Source: Camelus dromedarius (lineage: Eukaryota). From it: a stretch of DNA of 64,000 nt. A program made the position numbers and the translations under genes. Each line of letters starts with the position of its first letter. The first letter of the stretch is position 1. The notes beneath the pieces were generated by a model, which saw only the letters and a program-made list of their open reading frames with translations, was not told where the DNA came from and made no database searches. This document shows, one piece after another, positions 13,866 to 25,050 of this stretch. The stretch covers positions 54,066,001 through 54,130,000 of the forward strand of contig NC_087437.1 in NCBI RefSeq assembly GCF_036321535.1. The letters are read 5' to 3'.

Positions 13866-16315
13866 CACTCATCAACGTGTTCAGCACCTGCTTTTCCTCT
13901 GACTGAATCATCTTGCAACTCCTTTCATCTTATAAATCTCTAGTCATCCTCAGGACCTAGGTCAATACTCCCACTCCCACAGACAAATGTATTTTCTCCT
14001 GCCTATGAGCTGACTATATTTGCTATCGTACTTAGTCATAACTTAGTTTACAAAGCAGATTTTCCCAAAAAACCATGACCTCCTCGAGGGCAGGGATGAT
14101 GCCATATTTATATTTATATCTCCAGCACCAGAGGAGAGTTTCATACAGAGTAGACACTCAGTACTTTATCTTGAGTGAGTGAATTAATACTTGTAAAAGT
14201 GCCCTGTAAACTATTAAGGTCTACACACAATTGGATGGGAGTTTTTAAAAGAAAGCTATATTCTTTATATCTAAAACAAAGGCCTTCCCTCTAATCACTG
14301 GATGATTCCCTCAGCCCTAAAATTCTGATTAATGCTTTGCCCTGAATTTTAAACGAATCATGGATATTATCACGTTATTAAACTTTCCATAAAAATTAAG
14401 ACAAATGCAAGAGGGAAAAAAGATACTGAAATAGCGAGCAATTAAGAGAAATAAAAGGCCATATGCTAATGGATCAGCCTTCCAAATGGCTCTCTGTCTT
14501 TTATTTAAAGTCATTTTAAGGTTGAATTGTCAAAAAACATTTTGACTAGCTACTTTAACATTTTGTTTTTGTTCTGGGGCTGCAGTGTATAGCAAGACCT
14601 CTTTGTTTTGACCCCTGCAAATGCTTTTTAGTTTCAGAAAGACACTAAAAAATGCTCACACATCATCTCAAAAAATAATTCATTCATCCTCCATCCATCT
14701 CAGGGAAAGCCTTGTCTTCCTGTATCAACCACCCCAAAAAAGTATGAACAAGCAGCAGCCCAAATTGTCCTTTAGGGTCCAAGGAAAAATCTAGATCAAG
14801 GTAACACACATAAAAACTGATTCATCATCCTTGAAACACACCCTGCATTTCCCCACCTCTGTGTTTTTGCCTCTATCCCCTCAACTTGGAGCAACAGTCA
14901 CATGGCTCAACTCTCTACCACCTGTTAAAGGCTCAGCAACTCCAGTTTCTTTTCTCTTGGCTGCACTCCTGAGGCAATTGCTTCACACCTCAGCTGTGGG
15001 GCTTCCTACACTCGTCCATGAACATGTCAACCTTCCCCTCTGCACTGGACTCCTCAAGGCCAAGGTCTGAGTCTCTGAAATTCCACAGCCTGTGGTTGGT
15101 GCTTCAGCACTCAGTAGTGTTCTTGTCATTGAATAGAAACAAAGAAAATGTTATTCGCCAGTCCTTCTTGAGAACTGGGTGACACTGCACTGGGTTTAAA
15201 ACTAAACCAGCTAGAATTAGGAATCCCAGCTGCCCAGCTCTATTCATTGTATTTTAGTTTAGCAGAAGTTGACAACACGACCTTTCCAAGCAGCAGATTG
15301 TCTTAAATCCTGTAATTAACTTATGTCTGACTGATACCTACAAGTGTCTTTGGAAAAACGGTGTAGTGAACACTGGTAAAAAAAAATCAGGAGAACTAAA
15401 TTTTAACCCTGAATGTAACATTGGAGGTTGTATTACACTTTTCTACCCTAAACCTCATTTTTGTCATATATATTAAAAAAAAGTTCCCATTGTTTGAGAA
15501 AATGTCTTCCCATGGTTTGGTGACAGTAACGAAACCAAAAAGCCAGTACAGATTAACTTTCATTTCAACTAATATATAATCAACATAGCCAAGGTACCAT
15601 GAGGCAGAGTCCATCAAAAAAAAAAAAAAAGGAAATTGATATATTTAACACTATAGTTAAAATCCTTCTTTCTTAGATCTTTAGAATGTTTTTTTCTTCT
15701 CTCAGAAAACAAAAACAAAGGATAGGCCACACTCAAGTGTGTGCAGAGATGAGTAAAAGAATTGGAATCCATGTCGCATGCAAAAAAATAGAAAGAACTT
15801 GAGGATGGCCAGGAGGGAGAAGGGAGTAATGGGTGCACTGAAGGGGTCAAAGCATGGGTGTGCTCTGCAAATATTTGGAGGACTTTCTTTGAAGGAGTGA
15901 TTAAACTTTGTCTAACCCCAAACTACCTCAGGAGAGAGGGAATCCTTCATCACCAAAGAAATTTAATCAGAGTCTGAATATCCTCTGGATAGGGATATGA
16001 TAGAGCGAGTTCAAGTATTAAATGATGGGCAAGCACACAGCCTCAAGGACAGGTTCAAATTCTAAATAATGGGTTAGAACGTTGCCAGGAAATGCTATGA
16101 TTCTCTCTCCTAGGTTCTACTGCATGTTACTCTGGGACAGCTCTCAGGCCAGGATCAGAAGGGCATTGGTGAACCCCTGGGAGCTGGTTGGGACTGTTAC
16201 AATAATGAAATTCACCAGATATAAAGTAACTAGATTTCTGAAGAGGCCTATAGCAGATTCAACAGCTTCAGTCTGTAACCGCCTGGATGTGGTCCCAATG
16301 AACAATTGATTTTCT

Positions 16316-16318
16316 GTT

Positions 16319-16349
<31 letters not shown>

Positions 16350-16473
16350 TGGTTGGAGGAGGTAATTAGGTTTACTTACTTATTTATTTATTCTTGGAGG
16401 AAGTACTGGGGATTGAACCCAGGACCTCCTGTATGCTAAGCATGTACTCTACCACTTGAGCTATACCCTGCCC
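16316..16473 (-). mobile_element. Camelid tRNA-derived SINE (Vic-1 type) with perfect 17-bp target-site duplication
   Basis: Minus strand reads GGGCAGGGTATAGCTCAAGTGGTAGAG...GGTTCAATCCCCAGTAC (A and B boxes), then an AT-rich tail and A27. TSD tgaacaattgattttct at 16299-16315 and 16474-16490. Confidence 0.9.
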
Positions 16474-16804
16474 TGAACAATTGATTTTCTTTGTGACTTT
16501 ATCCACCCAGGCAGATAAAGCCTTTACCACTTCACCCCCAGGTTAGTCTTGATTAAATTCCTCCCAGAGAGAGATTAAAATAGGACATTGCAGATTTCTT
16601 CAGCTCTCTGTCTCCCCTAGAACCATGTGATGGGAACTTACACCAACTGAAATCAAGAGGGTTTTGAAATACCTGCTGAGAGTCAGAGTATTCTCTTTAT
16701 AGACGATTTCCAAAGAACCAATTTCAGTGAGGCCAAATCTTGATGAAATGAATAAGAACAGAGAGGCAGTAAGTAGATAGACTTATATTCAATGGTATGC
16801 TTAA

Positions 16805-16850
16805 TTATATATATATCTTTTATATATATATTACATATATATATATATAT
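16805..16850. repeat. (TA)n microsatellite, imperfect
   Basis: tatatatatatcttttatatatatattacatatatatatatatat. Confidence 0.85.
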
Positions 16851-17445
16851 TCAATGGTAGCAAGTTATAATGTAGAAGTTGCTTGGAAACATGGAATTCT
16901 TTTGACTAAATGAAAAGGACCATGAGACCAGCAGAATTATTTTGATTTTATTTTTTTCCTTTGGTAAAGAGAGATCACCCCAGTCACACAGTGCTGAGAA
17001 AGATCTAATGACATCAATAACTTCACTCTCCTGAACAAATTTGAAAAAAAAGCCAAACTATTTAACAACAGAGGAAGACAAGAATAATTCTGATATATTT
17101 GCACAATGAAATATTATGCAGAAACTTAAAAGAAGGAAAAATTCCAAAAATACAACTAAGCTACTACATATAAAGATAGCTAAAGCACAAAGCAATACAA
17201 CATATTATTGATGATCACATACATATATAGTAAAAGTATAAAACCACAGGCAGGAAGAATACACACTGAATTAGGAAAAGGAGAAAGGGGAATGAGAATA
17301 TACCTGAGGATGAGATAAAAAGGAACTTCCACTTTATTTGTAAATTTATTTGATACAAATTTTGGAATGAAATATGAAAATTAAAAAATTAAATATTATC
17401 TTCACCATGGTGACTGTCCTCATATTTTTCCTTCTTGTCTTAAAA

Positions 17446-17632
17446 CGGTAGTTCTCAAAATTTAGTGTGCATTAGAATCTCTCAGAGGGCTTGTTAAAAC
17501 ACTGATCTCTGAATCCAATACCAAAATTTCTTATTCAGTAGATCTGGGCTTGGGCCCAAGAAGTTGCTTTTCCAACAAGTTATGAGGTGATTCTAATGTC
17601 ATTGGTCCAGGGCCACACTTTGAGAATCAATG
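17446..17632. mobile_element. MER5A hAT-Charlie DNA transposon (MITE)
   Basis: Terminal inverted repeats cggtagttctcaaa ... tttgagaatcaatg, internal gcattagaatc...cttgttaaaacac...ttcagtagatctgg, about 190 bp. Confidence 0.8.
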
Positions 17633-20600
17633 TCTTTTAGTTACCTACCAGTGAACATTCATTCAGACTTGAACTGCCTAAGGACACAGACTTTAACTAA
17701 TTAATCTTTGTAGCTTCCACTTAGCAGACAAATCATCAATAAATATTTGTGGACTGAAAGAGCGCATTACTAAAAAAATAAATCTGCACTCATATACTCA
17801 GCAGTATGACAGCCACACAACAGCATGTAAAATAAATATATTAATGATAATAACTTGACAATTTTAGAAAAGCAAATACAGTGTACTTAGGAAGGTAGAC
17901 CTTCCTCAGGGGAGACCTCAAGTTATGATCACTGGTATCTTATCTTCACCAGGATGTAACTCTCAAGAAAGGTACTTGAGGAGGAGTACATAAGGAAGCC
18001 CAAAGTCAAGACTCTAGACAAAAGCAAAGATACTTTTTATTACATCTTACATAATCAGATAATTCCTACTTATTCGTCTCCTACCTATGCTCCATGAAAT
18101 GATCCAGAGACAGTCTTTTCACTGAGACTGAATGAGAAGCCTCATGAATTGTCTGTGAAGCTCTTACAGTCTCTTCTCTGCAGGCCAGGAATGACAGTGA
18201 GGGTTGTTGCCATAAAAACAGGCTCCCTGAATTCAGTGGATACGATGCGATCCGAGGATGTCAGAGGCCAATTGGTAGGATGTCAACCCCAGCAATGAGA
18301 TGTCAGTGCTTGCCATAGCAAACAGCAGAGGGAGAGCAGAAAGCAAAGGGCTTGACCTACTATACCACTGTCTGATTGATTGTGGTGTCCCTACAACTGA
18401 AAAGGACGGTCGGCTTTACTTGGTTCTTCAGAAGAGCTGGTCTTAATTTTAAGCTCTGCCACATAAGCTTTCTGTGACTGTAAGCAAGTTACGTACATAC
18501 CTTGAACATCAATTTTTACATTTGTGGCAAATGAAGTATAAACTCCTATCCTAAGCTCAGTTGATAAATTATAAAATGTGTGAAGATTCAATGAGATAAC
18601 AACAGTAGAACACTTTAATGCATTGGAAAATATTAAATGAATGTAAGCTGATTCTCTTGTTCTTTATTATCAACAGTATTTGTAAAGAAGCTGGTATAGA
18701 CTCTTCACATAATGGGGTTTCAAAACAGCACAAAGTCTAGTCTTTTTCCTCTGAAAATGTTTATCTCATTGGGAAGTTAGGACAAGCCTAAATATATAAA
18801 CAGCTACAGATATATGAACAAACACATACCTATAGAATCATACATTTGTGCATACACAAACACACACATATACACACACACTACTAATAATATGAGGTAA
18901 TGCTAAGTGTGTGGATAAGAAAGCATCTGGTTAAAGTAAAGGAAACCTGAACTACTCTTTAAAAATATAGAAAATTACTTAGATAATACACATGAGGGTC
19001 AGAGGTAAAAATTGCCATCGTTGCTGCTGCTGCTGTTGGCGTTTGGGATAAGCTTACTATCATACTTCAGTGAGGCCACCAGAGACCCAGTTTCCTTACG
19101 TATCATCGCTCTGCCTTCTGCAGCATAGGCCTTCAGACTGCACTGGCTGTCTCAATATGGTTGACAAACCTTTCATGCTTCCTCATCCACAATCAGCAAG
19201 AAAGAGATGTCCCAGCAGTGCCCCCACAAAAGTCTTAAGGTTCGCTGTGATGGGTCAGGTGCTCAAGCCATGAATCAATCCCCATAACCTGGGGGTCATA
19301 TATTCTGAATGGTTTAATCCATCCTAATGTCCATCCTAATGTCCTAATGAACTGGAAGTGGAGTCAGTCTCATGCCAGCCACATGGCTGAACAGGCACAG
19401 AGGGGTGGTAACAGAAAGTAATTGGGGATGCTGTGGTCAAAGAGAGGAGTGACTGTTAGAGAAAAACTAGGAGGAGAAGGAGGAGGAGGAGAAAGAGGAG
19501 TTGAAGGAGAAAGGCAGCAGCAACAACATTAGAAATCTGTCCACCACAATGATTCCTAATAGGTTGATCCAGGAAGAAGTGCTTTCATAAATCACATGAG
19601 AGAAAAACGTGAGAGCCAGGAAACTCCAGATTTCTTGAAGGGTACGGAACTTGTGTGGTCTTACATATGACTCCATCATGCTAATCCATGTATAATAGCA
19701 AATACAAAGGAGGATGAAGAAGATGTTGGTGAGAAGTCTGGTAAAATCACTGCCTTTCATCTTTGATTGGCTGGGAGAATGTAGATGGAAAAATAAGGAA
19801 GAAAGAGCTATTTCCTACTTAAATTCCTAATTCTTGACTCTCATAATGGGTATTCTGTAGTCAAATAAATTGTTACCCAGGCATAGTAATTCCAGGGTAG
19901 CTGAATACTTCTTTCGCAATGTGTGCCATCTGACCTTAGTGCAGCATTGGAACTGAAAATGTACTTTTATGTATATTTTGTACAGGAAAGATAGAATTAA
20001 GCAGCCATTAATTAGGAATGCATTATCTTTCTTATCTATTTGAACCCTACTCTAAAAGCCTGAATTTCTTTGAATTAGTATTTATTTTAATAGAACTATT
20101 TAACCTCTACATAACAATTTCACCATCTTAATGGACCATATTCCAGAGACATGTGAAGCTAATTGGAATGAGGTGGCCACTTGTGTAATCTAGAATATTT
20201 ATCCGGGACCTTGAGAGGTATACCAACTTCAGTGATGTTAAAGCCTATTTAGTAAAACTTTACTTAATTTATAAAATCCAATGAAAATTCCCAGGGCTCC
20301 AAATCCCAGCCTCTAAGAGTGGGAACTTAGGGCTTTGTCCAGACTCTGCATCAGTTTACTGGGTATCTTGGACAGGAATCCTCTCTATATGTCAGCTTCC
20401 AGTAAAGTAAATGCTGAGGACAAGATAATTTCTGAGCCCTCTTTCATGTCTAATATTCAGAATTAAAGGTATATTTTGTGTCACCATAAAACTGAATTGT
20501 CTATATATTGAGAGTTTAAGCCAAGGTGAAAAAATTGGTCCTGCATGAGCTCAAGAGTGGATCTGCATGATCTTAAGATAAACCAATGTGAAAAAGTGTC

Positions 20601-23422
20601 AGTGAATCTGATTCTCTATAACTGTGAGCCCCATGGTTGTTGGGCAGCTAAGCAGACCCTACCGAGGAAATTTGTATAATGATTCAGGAAAACTGGACTG
20701 ATTGCAGCTTCCAAAATGAGTGAGTCTGCTAATTACATGCTTCATTGGTTATAAAAATTATAATCATGTACTATGTCTTTCTGGTGTTACACCAGCATCA
20801 CATAGAATAGTCATTAATGTAATTTTCCTGTGCTATTCCTAAGAAACAAAGTTGTCACCTAGCAAATAGAGATTTGTTTCACTTGAGACTGCAAGTTCAT
20901 GGACCATTCATTCATTCTTCAGTGAACACTAAGAACATACTATGTGCACTGTCTGAGGTACTGATTGCACCATGCATATGAATCAGACATACATTTTTTC
21001 ATTGCAAGTTCACATATCAATACTCACTCTCCTACATACCCTCATGCAACTACAATAAGTTGTAGGAAGTGATAAGTAAGCACCTTGGAAGAGATACAGA
21101 TTAGTACTCAGAGAAGGGAGATATCCCAGTTGAGGGCTTAGAGCAAGAATTTTATGGTGCAAGAAGCATATAAAACAAGTCCTGAACGCTGGGTTAGATT
21201 TGGACCTATGGAAATGTCAAGAAATAGCAAAAGCAAAGAAAGAGAGGCTAGAAAGCACAGCATACATGAGAACAAAATTAACACCAATAATAACATCTAA
21301 AACTTACCAGCTGTTTACCACACACCAAGAACTCTAAATATATGGTCTTGGTGAATCCTCATAACTCCAAGGGATTGGTTTTATTACTATGCCTATTTTC
21401 AGATGGGGAACCTAAGGCCCAGAAAAGAGAATTATTTTGCCCAAGCTCTCCCCTGAAAAGAAGTAGCAGGTGGCTCAGGACTGTTGAAACCTATGGTTGT
21501 GTTAAGGAGGAAGGAAAATACAATCTGAAAGGTCTGTTGTGGCTAGAATACTAGACTCTTTCAGTGAATCAAACTTAGGAGGAACACAAATGAACTAAAT
21601 AGGAAGTAAAAAGTAAAGCCTTCTGTATATTTAAAAAACAACAACAACAACAACTATGCTCCACATCTTACTTAAAATGTTCAAAAATCAGTACTTGTTC
21701 AGCAGTTTTGTCAATGTTGAAGCACAAAATGACAGTCACGTCTGAAAGGGATATGTATGCCCTTGTCAGTACAATCCTCTACTTATGAGGTTGGGAAAAC
21801 TGAGGCTGAAAGACAGCTAACCCTAATTAAATGATTCATTCAATTTAAGCTTTAAATAAAGAATAAGTTTATATGTGGGCACATGACTACATAATTCTTG
21901 CCAACTATTTCCATACCACTGTTGGGAACTGATGACTAAAGATGATACTAAAAACTTAAAATCCCCTGGCACTCATACAATCTATACACTGCTCAGAAAA
22001 TAATTAAGTTGTGTTCTCTTCTGTGCTTTAATCATAGTAATGTGATTTTATTACTCCATTGAGTTGGTGGTAACCAAATGTACATAAGGCATTTAACACA
22101 GACAGATCCCCTAATGGACACTCATTAATTCCCTCCTAAACGTCTTGTAAATAAAAGATGCACCAGTACTTCAAAGGATGTTCTGTTTTCACAGAGATTA
22201 GTTAAGTGGCTTAGATTTTCTCTTGTTTGATCAGCTGTTCAGGAATTAACTTCCGCTAAGCCATGTTCATATTAAAAATGTGTGTTATCTAACACAAATA
22301 TTTTCTTTAAAATACAAAATTCCTGTTAGATGTTTATATGCTGCCATCAGTAAGTTCATAATACTATGGGGGTTTAGACTAGGTTTATGTGTTTATATTT
22401 GGTTTCTTATTCTGGCAGCTCTTCAGAAATACAGTTTGTAGTTAAAACACACATCTCCAAAGGGACACCTATCTAAGGTCTTTGTGAGTTAAATGAGCAA
22501 TGTTTCTATCTCTGTTGTGAGCAGTGCCATTTAGTATATTATTATAATGCTAATAATAATAGCTGACATGTACTGAGTATTTTTATTATTGTCTGCATCT
22601 TTATTTTAGTCACATTTTGATAACATCAAAAGAAGGCTTGAAATCTCTCCTTCAGTTGTTCTGCAATGACAATATTTTACTTCAATACCCCTGATAGTGT
22701 AGCAGTCAGTGAGACGACCCAACACAAGTTTCTTGCAACCCATAGCTCTCATGTTGGAATCCTATAATTAAACAGATATTTTCCCCGAGGGAAAAAATTT
22801 AGGAGCTTATATTTAAAACAGAAACTATCATTTAGCCTTATTCAGTTACAAAGAGGATTGTCAAAAAAAGATATTAAAGCAATATTTTTTCTCTAGATAA
22901 CCGTTCTCAAACTATAAACATTTTAAATCCTCAGAACTTTATTTTAGCTATTAAGCCAGCTTCTTTGCTCCAACTTTTAATGATTTTTCCTTTCATTTTT
23001 TATATATCATTTATTTATATATCATTTTTATATATCATATATCACTAACTCTGGTGGTTAGTTGGGCATTTCAACCTACCTACCCATGAATACTAATTCT
23101 CATTTCAACATATAATTTTAAATGTATTTAATGTGTAATTGATGTTTGTAGCAGCCCTTTCCAATAGTTATCACTAGATTAAAATTAGAATTCATAATTA
23201 TTTGAAATTGTTTGTGTTTAAAACGATCCAAACTATCAGAGTTACCACTTAAAACATAACCTTTATTACCACAGGGAATTTTAAACAGTGTGTCTGTGAG
23301 ATTTGGAGTGCATATCTCAAACAACTTGTCTGAAATCACAACTGAAGTTAATCACGTATTATTAAACAGAAAGTTTTACTCAATAAAAAACCAGTCTTGT
23401 TTTTCATAATTTTCACCACAAT

Positions 23423-23428
23423 TTTATT
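23423..23428 (-). terminator. SST: SST polyadenylation signal AATAAA
   Basis: tttatt on + strand about 125 nt after the stop codon, preceded on the sense strand by TGTAAATA (23432-23439). Confidence 0.85.
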
Positions 23429-23553
23429 TTGTATTTACAGTCTTCTGTTTCTCATGTGAGCATGTTGCTGAGGATTGGGGGAATTAGGGAGGAGAGATGG
23501 GGTTTGAAGGAGAGGGATCAGAGGTCTTATAGGGACAAACATAATTAATAAAG

Positions 23554-23766
23554 CTAACAGGATGTGAAAGTCTTCCAGAAGAAATTCTTGCAGCCAGCTT
23601 TGCGTTCTCTGGGTGCCATGGCCGGGTTTGAGTTAGTGGATCTCTGCAGCTCCAGCCTCATTTCGTCCTGCTCAGCAGCCTGGGACAGATCTTCCGGCTC
23701 CAGGGCATCGTTCTCTGTCTGGTTAGGTTCAGAGAGCAGCTCTGCCAAGAAGTACTTGGCCAGTTC
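23554..23766 (-). CDS. SST: Somatostatin exon 2 ([10 protein letters not shown]...[18 protein letters not shown]), encoding SST-28 (23557-23640) and SST-14 (23557-23598)
   Basis: Exact SST-14 [14 protein letters not shown] after an RK dibasic site. Acceptor ttgcag|GAACTG with AG at 23768-23767. TAG at 23556-23554. With exon 1 it gives a 116-aa precursor. Confidence 0.99.
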
Positions 23767-23785
23767 CTGCAAGGTGTAGGGGAGA

Positions 23786-23858
<73 letters not shown>

Positions 23859-23889
23859 AGAGAGAGGGAGAGAGAGAGAGAGAGAGAGG
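23786..23889. repeat. ~100-bp (GA)n/(TC)n tract at the 3' end of the SST intron
   Basis: Almost pure gagaga... with a few gggaga interruptions. Confidence 0.95.
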
Positions 23890-24362
23890 ATGAGGGTGAT
23901 AGAGAAGAAGAAATGGAAACGCCTAGTTTGAATAAAAAGATTCAACCGCAACTCAAACCCCAATTTTCACAGCTGTGCAATTTTTGTCACACTTAAAATC
24001 AGTTAAGGATATAAAAACAAGGGCTGTTGCTTTAATCAGCAAGTTACACAAAGGAGCTTTAAAAAATCAAATGTTCCTGCACGTTTTCTGCCTCTGTACG
24101 TTTAAAACACACACAGAAAGAAATAGCAGATCGTTAGTTTTGCAAAGATAAAACATGTGCCAACAGTTTGTTTCACTCAATTTCCATAGCACGAACTTCA
24201 TACTGGGATTTTCCTTGCCGTTTTTACTAAGTCATCTTTGGGGAATGAAATCTTTCACAATCCTAAACATACTGTGTTCTGGCTGCAGAGTGCCCTTTAG
24301 CCCCTAGCCCCGCTGCATGGAAGGTACAGCTTAGGAAGACAGCCGCTTCAGAAGTCCGCGCT

Positions 24363-24411
24363 TTCAGCACCTGGGTCAGCACCTCCCGCGGTCAGCACCG
24401 GGGATAGATAC
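24363..24411 (+). promoter_or_regulatory. Candidate RE1/NRSE (REST) site cluster in the SST intron
   Basis: TTCAGCACCTGGGTCAGCACC (24363-24383) and GTCAGCACCGGGGATAGATAC (24391-24411) compared with consensus TTCAGCACCnnGGACAGcgcc. Confidence 0.7.
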
Positions 24412-24693
24412 CGTCATCCCTTCGAGCTCTGTTTCCCGTGTCTTGAAATTTTCTTGAATGCCGAAGAACTCACCTGAACTGTGACCGACTGCGCTGATCA
24501 GGAAAAGAAGAGGTAAAAACGGATTCCGGACTTTGAAAGTTATCCCGAGAGCTTTGGTAGCTGAGGGACCCAGAAAAACACCGACACTCGTCTGGAACAC
24601 CTCTTAGGTCCACCCAAGAGAGCGGGGACAAGGCTAAGGGAAGGTTGGGGGTTTCAGGGGAGGGGAAAGAAGGCGTCGAGGGAGTATCCTTAC

Positions 24694-24831
24694 CTGCTTC
24701 CCAGCGGCAGCAGCCAGAGACTTCTGCAGAAACTGACGGAGTCGTGGATCCGAGGGCGCGCCGGTGACACTTCCCAGAGCCAGGACGATGGAGAGCGCGG
24801 CCAGCGCGCACTGGAGGCGGCAGGACAGCAT
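24694..24831 (-). CDS. SST: Somatostatin exon 1 (signal peptide and pro-region, including neuronostatin-13 [14 protein letters not shown] at 24703-24741)
   Basis: [46 protein letters not shown]. Donor CAG|GTAAG at 24694/24693, phase 0. Confidence 0.99.
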
Positions 24832-24961
24832 CTCTGCGGCGCCGGAGAAGCCGAGCTGGAGGGCGGTTGATCAAACTCTAGGAGCAGATCGCAGGCAGCA
24901 GCAAGGGCTCTGAACCTCGCGACTCCTAAAGCGGCTTGTGCGCTCTCCACCGTTTCCCCCC

Positions 24962-24968
24962 TTTTAAA
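24962..24968 (-). promoter_or_regulatory. SST: SST TATA-like box (TTTAAAA)
   Basis: Sense strand GAGAGTTTAAAAGGGG immediately downstream of the CRE, as in the known somatostatin promoter. Confidence 0.85.
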
Positions 24969-24977
24969 CTCTCTCTC

Positions 24978-24985
24978 TGACGTCA
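24978..24985. promoter_or_regulatory. SST: Somatostatin cAMP response element (CRE) TGACGTCA
   Basis: Perfect palindrome about 40-46 nt upstream of the inferred TSS; the prototype CREB site. Confidence 0.95.
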
Positions 24986-25026
24986 GACTAGGAGGCGCCC
25001 CCAGATCTCACCAGCGCTTTTACGCA

Positions 25027-25050
25027 CCATTACCCTCGTGAAATCAATCA
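25027..25050 (-). promoter_or_regulatory. SST: SST upstream element: PBX/PREP site TGATTGATT (25042-25050) plus PDX1-type GTAATGG (25027-25033)
   Basis: Sense strand TGATTGATTTCACGAGGGTAATGG matches the described UE-A/TSE-I mini-enhancer architecture. Confidence 0.8.

Larger units (their letters stand above)
24700..25040. promoter_or_regulatory. SST: CpG-rich region over SST exon 1 and proximal promoter; TSS probably near 24940
   Basis: Dense CG dinucleotides. The 5' UTR start CACAAGCCGCTTTAGGAG lies about 25 nt downstream of the TATA-like box. Confidence 0.75.

Noticed and set aside
16395..16473. tRNA-like sequence as a tRNA gene (also 63175-63248)
   Set aside because: Followed by an A-rich tail and flanked by TSDs, so it is a SINE head and not a functional tRNA.
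19318..19348. Short tandem duplication ccatcctaatgt x2 (similar cases near 22990-23040 and 36300-36330)
   Set aside because: Ordinary slippage duplications with no spacer structure or regulatory context.
23658..23963. ORF with poly-SL (SLSLSL...)
   Set aside because: Translation of the (TC)n microsatellite in the SST intron.
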